The notes beneath the pieces are model-generated. The model saw only the letters and a list, made by a program, of their open reading frames with translations, ran no database searches and was not told the origin of the DNA. This document shows, one piece after another, positions 38,718 through 47,605 of a DNA stretch of 64,000 nucleotides. A program made the position numbers and the translations under genes. Numbering within the stretch: position 1 is the first letter of the stretch; each line of letters begins with the position of its first letter. Source of the stretch: Bacteriovoracia bacterium (GTDB lineage Bacteria; Bdellovibrionota; UBA1018; CAIPTA01); assembly GCA_050246755.1 (NCBI GenBank), contig JBFWVL010000002.1, forward strand, positions 192,001 through 256,000, in the 5' to 3' direction.

Positions 38718-40160
38718 ATGAATAAATACCTTTCGGTTTTCTCCAATAAAAGAATGCTGACCACTTTGCTGCTGGGATTTTCTGGCGGTTTGCCGCTGGC
38801 CCTCGTGGGATCCACCCTCCAGGCCTGGCTCGCGCGTTCCAATGTGGACATCGTGTTGATCGGGCAGTTCGCGCTGATCCAATACCCCTATGCCCTTAAA
38901 TTCCTGTGGGCTCCGTTTATGGACAATAAACCTCTGCCCTTCCTCGGGCTGCGCCGGGGTTGGCTCGTGGTTAGCCAGATCGGGCTCTTCGCCGCCACCT
39001 GGGGCTTGGGCTCGATCGGAAATCCTTCCAATACCATCGCGCTCTTCTCGCTGCTGGCCTTCCTGCTCGCGTTTTTCAGCGCCAGCCAGGACATCGTGAT
39101 CGACGCCTACCGCACCGAAATCATCGAGGACGAAAAAGAGCTTGGCGCCGGTGCCTCCACTTATATCACCGGCTACCGCATCGCCACGCTGGTATCGGGA
39201 GGGGTGGCGCTCGGCCTCGTGGACCAGATCGGCTGGAAGCACGTCTATTTCCTCATGGCCTCCATCAACTTGGTGGGGCTCGTTACCGTGCTGCTTTCCA
39301 AGGAACCTAAAGTAACGCGTGAAGTGAAGACGCAAACCGGCTCCTTCACGAAACCTTTTATCGAGTTCTTCCAGCGCAGCGGCGCGATGGAAATTTTGAT
39401 TTTTGTGATGGTCTACAAATTGTCTACGCTCATGGCCACCGCACTCACCACGAAGTTTCTCGTGGATCTGGGCTATTCCAATCTCATGATCGGCACCGTG
39501 AATAAGGGTGCCGGTCTCATCGCCACGATCGCGGGCACGCTCGCCGGCGGAGCGCTGATGGCCAAGCTTGGGCTCAAGCGCTCCCTTTGGGTATTCGGGA
39601 TCCTGCAGGCCATGGTGGGGCTCACGTTCTGCGCGCTTTCCTATCTGGCCAGCCATGGCGGGGAAATCCAGAATCTCGGCCTGGTGATGGTAGTGAGTAT
39701 CGATAATTTCTTCATGGGAATGGGCACCGCCGCGCTCACCGGATTCCTCATGCACGTTTGCAGCAAACGCTATACCGCCACGCACTACGCCTTGCTCACG
39801 AGCGTGATGGCGGTGGGGCGGGTGGTGCTGATCGCGCACGCGGGCACCCTCGTGGCGTGGATGGGGTATAACTGGTTCTTCATCGCCACGGTGCCGCTGG
39901 CGATTCCGGGGCTCTTACTCCTGCGCCGCTATGATTTCTGGGAGAAGAGCTCCGGCCAGCTCGTGACCACGAAGGTGCCCAAATTCGAATTAGGGCTGAT
40001 GGTGGTGATGATGGCCTCGCTGCTCCTGCTTTCCTCGGATCCCGTTTGGAGATTTTTGGATAAAAAGGCCCTGGGCACCGAAGTGGCGCTGCTCGGCGCC
40101 TTCGGGGTGCTCGCGGTGGTGGCGCTCGGCTTGCTCAAGCCCCAGGCGCAGCGCACCTAA
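38718..40160 (+). CDS. ampG: AmpG muropeptide MFS permease
   Basis: LGFSGGLP, KFLWAP, SASQDIVIDAY, ATHYALLTS. Confidence 0.93.
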   Translation: MNKYLSVFSNKRMLTTLLLGFSGGLPLALVGSTLQAWLARSNVDIVLIGQFALIQYPYALKFLWAPFMDNKPLPFLGLRRGWLVVSQIGLFAATWGLGSIGNPSNTIALFSLLAFLLAFFSASQDIVIDAYRTEIIEDEKELGAGASTYITGYRIATLVSGGVALGLVDQIGWKHVYFLMASINLVGLVTVLLSKEPKVTREVKTQTGSFTKPFIEFFQRSGAMEILIFVMVYKLSTLMATALTTKFLVDLGYSNLMIGTVNKGAGLIATIAGTLAGGALMAKLGLKRSLWVFGILQAMVGLTFCALSYLASHGGEIQNLGLVMVVSIDNFFMGMGTAALTGFLMHVCSKRYTATHYALLTSVMAVGRVVLIAHAGTLVAWMGYNWFFIATVPLAIPGLLLLRRYDFWEKSSGQLVTTKVPKFELGLMVVMMASLLLLSSDPVWRFLDKKALGTEVALLGAFGVLAVVALGLLKPQAQRT

Positions 40161-40555
40161 GCCTGGACCATCACCAGCGCTTCACCGGTGGCGGCGGGTT
40201 TGCCGTCGGCCTTGAGGGCTTTGGTCTCAATCGTGAGAAAACCTTTTTCTTCGCGGATATTTAGTACCGTGAGCTCGATGATGATTTCTTCGTCCACGAA
40301 AACCGGCGCGGTAAACTTCAAGCTTTGGGTTAAGTAAACGGCGCCGGGGCCCGGCAATTCGGTGGCTAGTGCGCGCGAGATGAGGGCGCCCGTGATCATT
40401 CCGTGGGCAATGCGCCGCCCGAAGCGGGTGGTCTTGGCGAACGCGTCGTCGAGGTGCACGGGATTTTTGTCGCCGCTGAGCTCGGCGAAGTCCCGGATCA
40501 TTTTATCGGTAACGGTTACGCGCACGGAGGCTTTGTCGCCCACTTTGAATTTCAT
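40157..40555 (-). CDS. MaoC/PhaJ-type (R)-specific dehydratase
   Basis: FAELSGD.NPVH.D, IAHG, LPGPG. Confidence 0.92.
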   Translation of the reverse strand: MKFKVGDKASVRVTVTDKMIRDFAELSGDKNPVHLDDAFAKTTRFGRRIAHGMITGALISRALATELPGPGAVYLTQSLKFTAPVFVDEEIIIELTVLNIREEKGFLTIETKALKADGKPAATGEALVMVQA

Positions 40556-40622
40556 TTCATTCTCCCGAAATTTATTTTCTTACCGGTTTGCCCGCGCCCC
40601 GGCAAAATGGCAAGCTGATCTT

Positions 40623-41987
40623 ATGGGGTTGATGCGCTTTTCGTTGATGGGGTTACTATTCCTTTTTTCCGTCCAGCCGGCGGGGGCCGCCGAGTGGAAA
40701 TTTTCGCTGAACGGCGAAACCGAGGTCACCGGCCTGCATTGGCAGGAAAAAGTTTTGCCCGATAATCGGCAGAACCGCTATCTGCTGAACCAGAAGCTGC
40801 CGATGACGTTGCGCTACGGGCGCGCGTGGCGGTTCCGCCTACAGCCGATTGCGCTCTTCGATCCTAATAATATCTCCAAGAGCGAGCGCCTATTCTGGGA
40901 TATCCAGGAGGGCTACCTCCAGTACCAGGCGCTACCCTGGACGGTGCAAGTGGGGAATAATATTTTCACCTGGGGCGATACCGACGTGTTCAATCCGCTC
41001 GACGTGGTGAACCAGCGCCGCTATTTCGATCCCTTCCAGTCCGAAAAGCTCGGCGCCCCCGCTCTGATGGTGAAGCGGGAGTTCGAAACATTTTTCGTGG
41101 AAGCGATTTATATCCCGAAGCAGAGAAAAACGTTATTGCCCGGCGAGCAGAGCCGCTGGCTCCCGCGCGACGTGTATAAAAGCCGCAGTTACCGCGTGCC
41201 GATCGTAGCCGGTGGAGTCACGAAAACCTACAATACCACCCTGAATTTACCGTCGGTGGTGAACTACCATTATATGAAGCCCGAGGAGCGCGACAATGCC
41301 CTCGACAATAGTTTCGGCGGCCGTTTCAAATTCCGTTTTCCCGGTTTCGACTGGACGCTCGCGGCGTTCCAGGGAACCGCTCCCACACCCGCGGTAAACG
41401 TAAAGGAAGTAGGGCTCCTTGGTAATATCGCGATTCTGTCGTCCACCGAAATCTCGGCCACTATGCTGGAGCCCGACCTCACGGTGCAGGCCACGTACTA
41501 TCAGTCGCGCATGGGCGGCACCAGTTTCACGCTCGTGGCCGGAGATTTTTTGGTGAAGGGCGCCTCGGCGTATACTTCTCCCGTAAAGCACGCGGGCGAT
41601 TTACCGGCGAAAACGCTCGAGAACGCCCTTGGCCTAGAGCGCACCTTCAGCGTGGGCAAGGGATCGCTTACCGCCTTGGCGCAGGGAACCTACGTGAAGC
41701 GCGGAGACCGCGTGGACACGAACTCCGTTTCGCTAGCCCGTATGTTCGATCGGGCCGGCATGGGGGCCCTTCGCTGGTCGGCGAGCGAGAAGCTCACGGT
41801 ACTGGCTTCTTACCTGCGCGATATCCGTTACAAAGGCAACGTCGTGCATGCCGACGCTTCCTATAAGATCGCCGATGGCTGGCGCGCCAAAGTGGGGGCG
41901 GATTTTCTTTCCGGCCCCACCGAGACGCCGATCGGTACCTACGGGCGTAACGACCGGATTACTTTGTCTTTGAATTCTCAGTGGTGA
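40623..41987 (+). CDS. Outer-membrane beta-barrel protein (DUF1302-like)
   Basis: Signal peptide; G...F.WG..D.FNP.DVVN motif; C-terminal G.YG.NDRI.L...W. Confidence 0.65.
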   Translation: MGLMRFSLMGLLFLFSVQPAGAAEWKFSLNGETEVTGLHWQEKVLPDNRQNRYLLNQKLPMTLRYGRAWRFRLQPIALFDPNNISKSERLFWDIQEGYLQYQALPWTVQVGNNIFTWGDTDVFNPLDVVNQRRYFDPFQSEKLGAPALMVKREFETFFVEAIYIPKQRKTLLPGEQSRWLPRDVYKSRSYRVPIVAGGVTKTYNTTLNLPSVVNYHYMKPEERDNALDNSFGGRFKFRFPGFDWTLAAFQGTAPTPAVNVKEVGLLGNIAILSSTEISATMLEPDLTVQATYYQSRMGGTSFTLVAGDFLVKGASAYTSPVKHAGDLPAKTLENALGLERTFSVGKGSLTALAQGTYVKRGDRVDTNSVSLARMFDRAGMGALRWSASEKLTVLASYLRDIRYKGNVVHADASYKIADGWRAKVGADFLSGPTETPIGTYGRNDRITLSLNSQW

Positions 41988-43512
41988 ACTGAAGCCCGAG
42001 GTTTCCGCCGCTCTGGAGCTGCCAGTGTTCGGGCACCAGCTTGAGCGCTTTGCCCACCACGAAGGTGGGGAAGGCGAGGGTGAGGCCCTCGGCACTCAGC
42101 GATTCCTTCGCCGCGTCGGCCATAGTCTGGGCGGCGATTCTCTTCGTTGGGTTATACTGAGCCACGTATTGCTTGGCCCAGCTATAGCTCATGGGAAGCT
42201 CGTCGGCGGTAACGAGGAAATCCACTTTCCCGCCCTTTTGCAGCTTCATCTTCGATTGGCCCTGGAGCAGGGTTCTGAACTCCACGTAGGGAGTATAGGT
42301 TCCTTTTACCGGGGCGAACATGCGGATCGCGAGCGGGAGCGTGAGATCACCCGAGATCGTGTCGGTGTCGGTCGCTTTTTCGTTGTCGAAAGAGGGCGGG
42401 CCGTTGGGCACGAAGTTAAAGGCGAAGGTAGTATTGGTCGGGAACTTCATGAGGTCCGGCCAAGCCCAGAATTGTTTCCAGCGCGACTGCATGAATTCCT
42501 GGAACGCAGGAATCTCGTAGGAGCGCAGTGAATATTCCAGCTTGCCCGCAAAGTATTCTCCCATCATCAGCGCGCGGATCGTAGCGAACGGCATCATCAA
42601 TTGAGGAATGGCAGTGCTTTGGGTTGCCGCTTGCGAGGTCTTGGCCGCGGTGCCAACACCGAGCTTAAATTCCTGCACGATGTTTTGGTTGGGGGCTACG
42701 TACGGATACACGAAACGCAGCTGGCCCTCGAGCATCAGGCCGCCGCCGCTCTCGCGGGCGTTTTTGGGCTCATAGTAAAGCTTGAGGTAATCTTTTTGCG
42801 TGGGCAATTCGCGCTCGCTGAGCAGGAGAATGCTGGCGTCTTTGCTCCACTGCACGAACTTAGTTTCCAGCTCACCGCGAACTTGCGCATCGAAATTCTG
42901 GAAACTCGCGAGGGCATTGAGCGCGTACTCACGCACGTTCACGTCTAGGCCTTCGGTGCCGCTGCAGGAAATGCTTTCCACTTCCCAAGCGCCTTGCTGC
43001 CAGTCTGCGTTGAAGGAGGGCATGGAGAGCTTTACTTGTCCGTCGAGCACTTCGGCGCGGATGGTGGCGGCCACGGAGCTAAGGCCCGGCTTGAGGCGCA
43101 AGGAAACGTTGTGGCATTCGGCGTCGAGTTTCACGCGGTAGCGAACGCCATCGATCACGCGGTCGACGATTTGCGAGGCCGATATATTAGCTACCGTGAT
43201 GCGCGCGCCGAGCTGATTGCTGGCGAGGGTCCATTCCCGGGTATTGGCGTTAGTACGCTTGGGCACGGGGAAGGCGTAGTTCATCTCGGCGGTGATTCCG
43301 CTGATCTGAATGGGAAGCCCCGGATTGATCGTGAAGTTGGGAATCGCCACGCTCTGGGTGCCGCTGAGGCTCTGCCAGAAATCTTCGATCACTTTGTCGA
43401 AGAGGCTCTCGGTGAGCTGGAGTTGGAATTCACTTTTCACTTCCCAACGCGCTTGGGCGGCGAGGGGGAGAGCGGCGAGCAGTAACGGCAGCGTGTAAAA
43501 AAGTTTTCTCAT
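41959..43512 (-). CDS. Secreted beta-rich hypothetical protein (possibly a tubular lipid-binding fold)
   Basis: Signal peptide (AQA); helix followed by long beta strands. The fold is an inference only. Confidence 0.65.
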   Translation of the reverse strand: MRKLFYTLPLLLAALPLAAQARWEVKSEFQLQLTESLFDKVIEDFWQSLSGTQSVAIPNFTINPGLPIQISGITAEMNYAFPVPKRTNANTREWTLASNQLGARITVANISASQIVDRVIDGVRYRVKLDAECHNVSLRLKPGLSSVAATIRAEVLDGQVKLSMPSFNADWQQGAWEVESISCSGTEGLDVNVREYALNALASFQNFDAQVRGELETKFVQWSKDASILLLSERELPTQKDYLKLYYEPKNARESGGGLMLEGQLRFVYPYVAPNQNIVQEFKLGVGTAAKTSQAATQSTAIPQLMMPFATIRALMMGEYFAGKLEYSLRSYEIPAFQEFMQSRWKQFWAWPDLMKFPTNTTFAFNFVPNGPPSFDNEKATDTDTISGDLTLPLAIRMFAPVKGTYTPYVEFRTLLQGQSKMKLQKGGKVDFLVTADELPMSYSWAKQYVAQYNPTKRIAAQTMADAAKESLSAEGLTLAFPTFVVGKALKLVPEHWQLQSGGNLGLQFTTENSKTK

Positions 43513-43590
43513 GGGGCTATTTTCTCACTTCGATAGCTAAAGTTAGTAAGAACCTAAAGTGCCTACAGGAACGAACCGAGTAGTAGCTGA

Positions 43591-43629
43591 TTGACTCGCT
43601 CCATTATTAAATGTTAACATGGGTTAACA
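43591..43629 (+). promoter_or_regulatory. sigma70-like promoter overlapped by a palindromic operator
   Basis: TTGACT (43591) and TAACAT (43615); inverted repeat TGTTAAC-atgg-GTTAACA at 43612-43629. Confidence 0.55.
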
Positions 43630-43682
43630 ATATTGCAATGGGCGACGATATTAAATTTTAAGAAAACCCGAGAGCCCGACAC

Positions 43683-46600
43683 ATGAAAATTAGGCAAATT
43701 ACTGAAGTTACTAAGTTTGTTATGAAAAATGCCAAGCGTTTTTCGATTTTAGTGATTTTGGCTTTTTTGGGTTTGGGGGCCATATCCGCCTTATCACTCT
43801 CTAAGCTCAAGACCGAATACTCCATGCGTCAGTTCTTGCCGCCCCACCATAAACTGATGGAGACCGACGACGCCCTCAAGGCTCGTTTCCAGCTTCCCGA
43901 CCTCGAGCCCTTCTTCGCCCTCATTAGTATTCCTGAAAAAGAGACCGGCAACTGGTTCCAGCCCGAACGCATGGCCAAGCTCAAAGAAATTACCGAGGGC
44001 CTCAATAAGTATGAGGGCGTGAGCCGTGCCATCAGCTTAGCCACGATCGAGGGAGCCTCGTCGAGCCCGGAAGGAATCACCGTGGGGCGTCTGCTCGATC
44101 TCACGCCCGCGAAGGATTGGGAAAATCGCGTGCTTAAAGATCCTATCCTCAGTCCGCACCTGATCACCGCCGACGGCCGCACCGCCGTACTCGCCATGGT
44201 CAACCAAGTGGGCCTCACGCAGAAAGCCAGCACCGCAATTCAGGACGAAACCCGCGTGCGTATCCAGGCCGCCTTTCCTGGCTACCAGCTTCGCCTCGGG
44301 GGCATTCCCGTGGTGCAAACCGAAATGAGCCAAATTCTCGGCAAAGAACTAAAAAATTTCCTCGTGCTCTCGCTGCTCGCCAGCCTTTTCACCCTCATGC
44401 TTTTCTTCCGTTCTTTCTCGAGCGTGCTGATCCCGCTTATCCTATTGTTACTCGCGAACTTCATCAGCTTGGCTTGGATGGCGTGGACGGGCACCGCCTT
44501 CACCGTACTTTCGAGTACGCTGCCCGTGCTCGTGGCGCTCACGGTAGTTTCGATGAGCGCGCACACGATGCTGCGCTACGCTTCGGACTGGCAGCTCGCG
44601 CTCCGCTCCCAAGAGAACCCGAACCCGATCCGCGTGCTTTTCCATTCCTACGCCGGACTGCTATTGCCGAACTTCCTCACGGCCGTAACCACCTCCATCG
44701 GATTTTTCGCGATCGCCTTCGCTAATATTCCCCTTGTGCGCCAATACGGGATCACCGTGGGGATTTCCATTTTCGTTTGCTGGTTCACCGTGATCGGCGC
44801 CTTGCTCCCGCTGCTCGTTCTCTTTCCCGTGCCCCAGGTGCGCGACTGGACCGAAAAGCGCGCCAGCTGGGCCCTCTGGATTACCGCTCACAGCCGAAAA
44901 GTGGTTTTCGCCGTGGTGGCTCTCAGCGCAGTTTGCTTATTTTTCGGGCGTCAGCTCAACTGGTCGGCGCAGTTATTCGACGATCTTCCCAAGGGCCACG
45001 AGGCCCGCGCCACCACCGAGTTCGTGGATTCCCATCTTGGCGGCATGATTCCCCTCGATATCGTGGTGGAGCGCGATGAGGAAAATGCCTGGAACGATCC
45101 CTCGGCTCTCGCTAGATTCGATGAGCTCGCTAATGATTGGCGCAAGCATCCCGCCGTTGGCTCCGTGACCGGCCCGCAGGATTTCATTCGCGTGGCCGGT
45201 AAAGTGCAGGGGCGGGGCCTCGCTTCCACCCGTCAAGAGGCCGCTGAGTACGCGTTCCTCTACGGATTCGCCGCCGATAATCCTTATAAGCAATACGTAA
45301 CGTCGGACGGCCGCGCCGCCCGCATCAACTTGCGCTTGCATGATATCCCCGGCGATAAAATGGCCTTGGTGGTGCAGCAGCTCACCGAGCAAACCCAGGC
45401 GAAATTCCCCGGCTGGAAGGTAACGCCCGGCGCGATGGCCACCACCGTGCATGTGCTCAATAACGAACTTTGCCGCGAATTGATCTGGGGTTTCTGGCAA
45501 GCCTTGCTCTTAATCGCCGTCGTTCTTGCTTGTGTATTCCGCTCCGTGCGCTGGACGATCGCGGCGGTACTGCCGAACTTGGTTCCCGCGTTCTTACTTC
45601 TTGGCGCGCTGTACCTAGGCGCTACGCCGATTAAGCCTGGCATCGCCCTGATCTTTTCGATCGCCCTCGGTATATCCTTCGACAATACCGTGTATCTCAT
45701 GGGGCGTTTACGCCTTCTGCGGGACCGCTCCGCCACGAAAAAAATCATGGTCGCCAAAGCCTGGTACCAAGAAGGCAATCTCTGTCTCTTTTCCTCGCTC
45801 GCGTTGTCTTCCGGTTTTCTTGTATTCTTGGCCTCGTTCTTCTCGCTCAATCAGCAGTTCGGTATGTATATGCTCATCGCCATCCTGGGATCCCTCGTCG
45901 GAGATCTCGTGCTCATGCCCGCAATGCTTGCGGCCTTCCCCCGGATGCTGGAGAATAGAGCCAAACCCGAACTTCAAAAGGAGAATGATATGTCTGAGAG
46001 AGCGATCGCCGCCGGTATTGCACTGGCATTTTTCACCAGCAGTTTCGCCTACGCTGCGGTGGATTTGAAAGACGCGAAGTCCATTCTGAAAAACGTAGAG
46101 AAAAATATGTCGGCTACCGACGAAGTGGCCAACGTGAAGATGACCATCACCGAAGCCGACGGCACGAAAAAAGATCGTGGCCTGCAGATCAGCCGCAAGG
46201 GCAAAGACGCAGACCAAAAAGTAATGGTGCGCATGAACGCTCCCGCCGATCTAAAGGGCACCGCGCTGCTCTCCGTTTCGAAGGGCAAATCCAGTGACCA
46301 GTGGCTCTATTTGCCCTCGAGCAAGCAGACGCGCCGGATCCAGAGCGGTAACCGCAGCGGCGGTTTCATGGACTCCGAGATGAGCTACGAAGACATGGGC
46401 ACCAACGCCGACGCGAAATTCGAGAGTAAAGTTCTACCCGAAGAGACGATCGCCGGCCGCAAGTACTCCGTGATCGAGAGTATTCCGAAGGGCGAGAGCT
46501 CTTACGGCAAAGTGGTGACCTGGGTAGACCAGGGAACGTACCTCGTGGGCAAGATGCAATACTTCGACAAGTCGATGAAGCCGCTCAAGGTGACGAACTT

Positions 46601-46766
46601 CACGGGTTACAAGCAATACGACAAGGGAGTATGGCGCGCGCAAAAAGTGCAGGTGCAGAATCTGCAAAATAAACGCGGCACCACCCTCGAGCTTTCCGAC
46701 CTGAAACTTAACAAAGGCCTCGACGACGCCGAATTCACCGAGAGCGCCCTCACCGAAGGCGATTGA
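43683..46766 (+). CDS. MMPL/RND family transporter fused to a C-terminal LolA-like (outer-membrane lipoprotein-sorting) domain
   Basis: Two RND repeats (TTSIGF, PN..P, GI..DNT); C-terminal P.D.KGT..L, QWLYLPS...RRI, F..SEMSYED. Confidence 0.88.
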   Translation: MKIRQITEVTKFVMKNAKRFSILVILAFLGLGAISALSLSKLKTEYSMRQFLPPHHKLMETDDALKARFQLPDLEPFFALISIPEKETGNWFQPERMAKLKEITEGLNKYEGVSRAISLATIEGASSSPEGITVGRLLDLTPAKDWENRVLKDPILSPHLITADGRTAVLAMVNQVGLTQKASTAIQDETRVRIQAAFPGYQLRLGGIPVVQTEMSQILGKELKNFLVLSLLASLFTLMLFFRSFSSVLIPLILLLLANFISLAWMAWTGTAFTVLSSTLPVLVALTVVSMSAHTMLRYASDWQLALRSQENPNPIRVLFHSYAGLLLPNFLTAVTTSIGFFAIAFANIPLVRQYGITVGISIFVCWFTVIGALLPLLVLFPVPQVRDWTEKRASWALWITAHSRKVVFAVVALSAVCLFFGRQLNWSAQLFDDLPKGHEARATTEFVDSHLGGMIPLDIVVERDEENAWNDPSALARFDELANDWRKHPAVGSVTGPQDFIRVAGKVQGRGLASTRQEAAEYAFLYGFAADNPYKQYVTSDGRAARINLRLHDIPGDKMALVVQQLTEQTQAKFPGWKVTPGAMATTVHVLNNELCRELIWGFWQALLLIAVVLACVFRSVRWTIAAVLPNLVPAFLLLGALYLGATPIKPGIALIFSIALGISFDNTVYLMGRLRLLRDRSATKKIMVAKAWYQEGNLCLFSSLALSSGFLVFLASFFSLNQQFGMYMLIAILGSLVGDLVLMPAMLAAFPRMLENRAKPELQKENDMSERAIAAGIALAFFTSSFAYAAVDLKDAKSILKNVEKNMSATDEVANVKMTITEADGTKKDRGLQISRKGKDADQKVMVRMNAPADLKGTALLSVSKGKSSDQWLYLPSSKQTRRIQSGNRSGGFMDSEMSYEDMGTNADAKFESKVLPEETIAGRKYSVIESIPKGESSYGKVVTWVDQGTYLVGKMQYFDKSMKPLKVTNFTGYKQYDKGVWRAQKVQVQNLQNKRGTTLELSDLKLNKGLDDAEFTESALTEGD

Positions 46767-46785
46767 TCTCTAGTTTGTGTTCTTA

Positions 46786-46820
46786 AGAGCCGGTCACCTA
46801 TAAGGGTGGTCGGCTTTTTT
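46786..46820 (+). terminator. Intrinsic terminator of the MMPL gene
   Basis: AGAGCCGGTCACC...GGTGGTCGGC followed by a T-run. Confidence 0.75.
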
Positions 46821-46861
46821 GTGCCTGTTTTGCACGCGCATGCTGCCGCCCCGTCCGCTGG

Positions 46862-47040
46862 AATACCTCTGCCCCGGAGAGTGCCTTCGCTTTTGCGAAT
46901 ACCTCTGCCCCGCGCCAGCAACTCTGCTCCTTAAAATACCTCTGCCCGGTGTGGGGGCAATCACCATCGTGTCAGATTTTCGTACGCGCCCACGTCTGCA
47001 TACCGAACACCGCTCTCCTAAAATACCTCTGCCCCAGAGG
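46862..47040 (+). repeat. Four direct copies of AATACCTCTGCCC(C) upstream of the HUH/Y1 gene
   Basis: Core 13-mer at 46863, 46899, 46936 (12/13) and 47023; unique spacers of 22 and 23 nt, then a longer gap. Confidence 0.9.
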
Positions 47041-47058
47041 CTTTACCCCACGCGGAAA

Positions 47059-47074
47059 TGGCATGCTTCCCGCT
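47059..47074 (+). promoter_or_regulatory. Candidate sigma54 promoter of the HUH/Y1 gene
   Basis: TGGCATGCTTCCCGCT, GG-N10-GC; predicted +1 lies about 2 nt before ATG 47087. Confidence 0.35.
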
Positions 47075-47086
47075 CGGCCCGCCCGC

Positions 47087-47605
47087 ATGAAATTCCAAGT
47101 ACGTAAATGGAGTCCGCTCGAACACGGAGGTATCGTACGCAAGGGCCAGCGGAAACGCCGCCGCTATATGGATGTGAGTCGAACCCTGCACTTGGTGATG
47201 CGTTCTACTAAGGCCAGGGGCCACCGCAGTTTTATTAACCCGCGCAATAAGGGCGTGATCCATCTGCTGCTCATCGATACGGCCAATCGCTACGAGATAA
47301 AAATCTATAACTACGTGAACGTTGGCAACCATCTGCACCTTCACGTGCGCGGATGGAAACGCAAAAATCTCCAGGCATTCTTGAAAGTATTCCCGCAAAG
47401 AGTGATGTTCCACGTAACGGGCGCACGCAAGGGTCGCCCGCGCGGCAAGTTTTTCGATGAGATCGTCTATTCGCGCGTGGTGAACTGGGGCGGCGATTTC
47501 AAGCGCGTGAAAGAATATTTTTGGAAGAACACGCTCGAGGCGCTGGGATTCAGTCACGCCACGATCGTGAAGTGGCGCAGGGCCGCGCGGATAGTGCCGC
47601 CCTAA
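47087..47605 (+). CDS. HUH/Y1 tyrosine transposase-like protein (IS200/RAYT superfamily)
   Basis: LHLVMRS strand; HUH motif NVGNHLHLHV; YSRVV; catalytic-like EYFWKN; no tnpB adjacent. Confidence 0.85.
   Translation: MKFQVRKWSPLEHGGIVRKGQRKRRRYMDVSRTLHLVMRSTKARGHRSFINPRNKGVIHLLLIDTANRYEIKIYNYVNVGNHLHLHVRGWKRKNLQAFLKVFPQRVMFHVTGARKGRPRGKFFDEIVYSRVVNWGGDFKRVKEYFWKNTLEALGFSHATIVKWRRAARIVPP

Noticed and set aside
38613-39839. 408-aa ORF antisense to ampG (similarly 52646-53521, 32983-33885, 29740-30513 and others)
   Set aside because: These are shadow ORFs expected in GC-rich DNA opposite clear genes, with no recognisable motifs.
40362-40622. Long N-terminal extension of the OM barrel ORF
   Set aside because: It overlaps the MaoC gene on the opposite strand, and the signal peptide starts at about 40623.
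46862-47040. CRISPR or TIGR array interpretation of the 36/37-nt periodic repeats
   Set aside because: The repeat is only 13-14 nt, there are only two regular spacers, no cas or Nop-domain gene is present, and no box C/D-like motifs were seen. Reported instead as an HUH-associated repeat.
46819-47106. ORF with repeated EYLCP, and the 46949 upstream extension of the Y1 ORF
   Set aside because: The peptide repeats are just translations of the DNA repeat, and recognisable Y1 sequence starts at ATG 47087.
47087-47605. Complete IS200/IS605 insertion sequence
   Set aside because: There is no tnpB, and the stop codon overlaps the convergent gene, leaving no room for a right-end hairpin.
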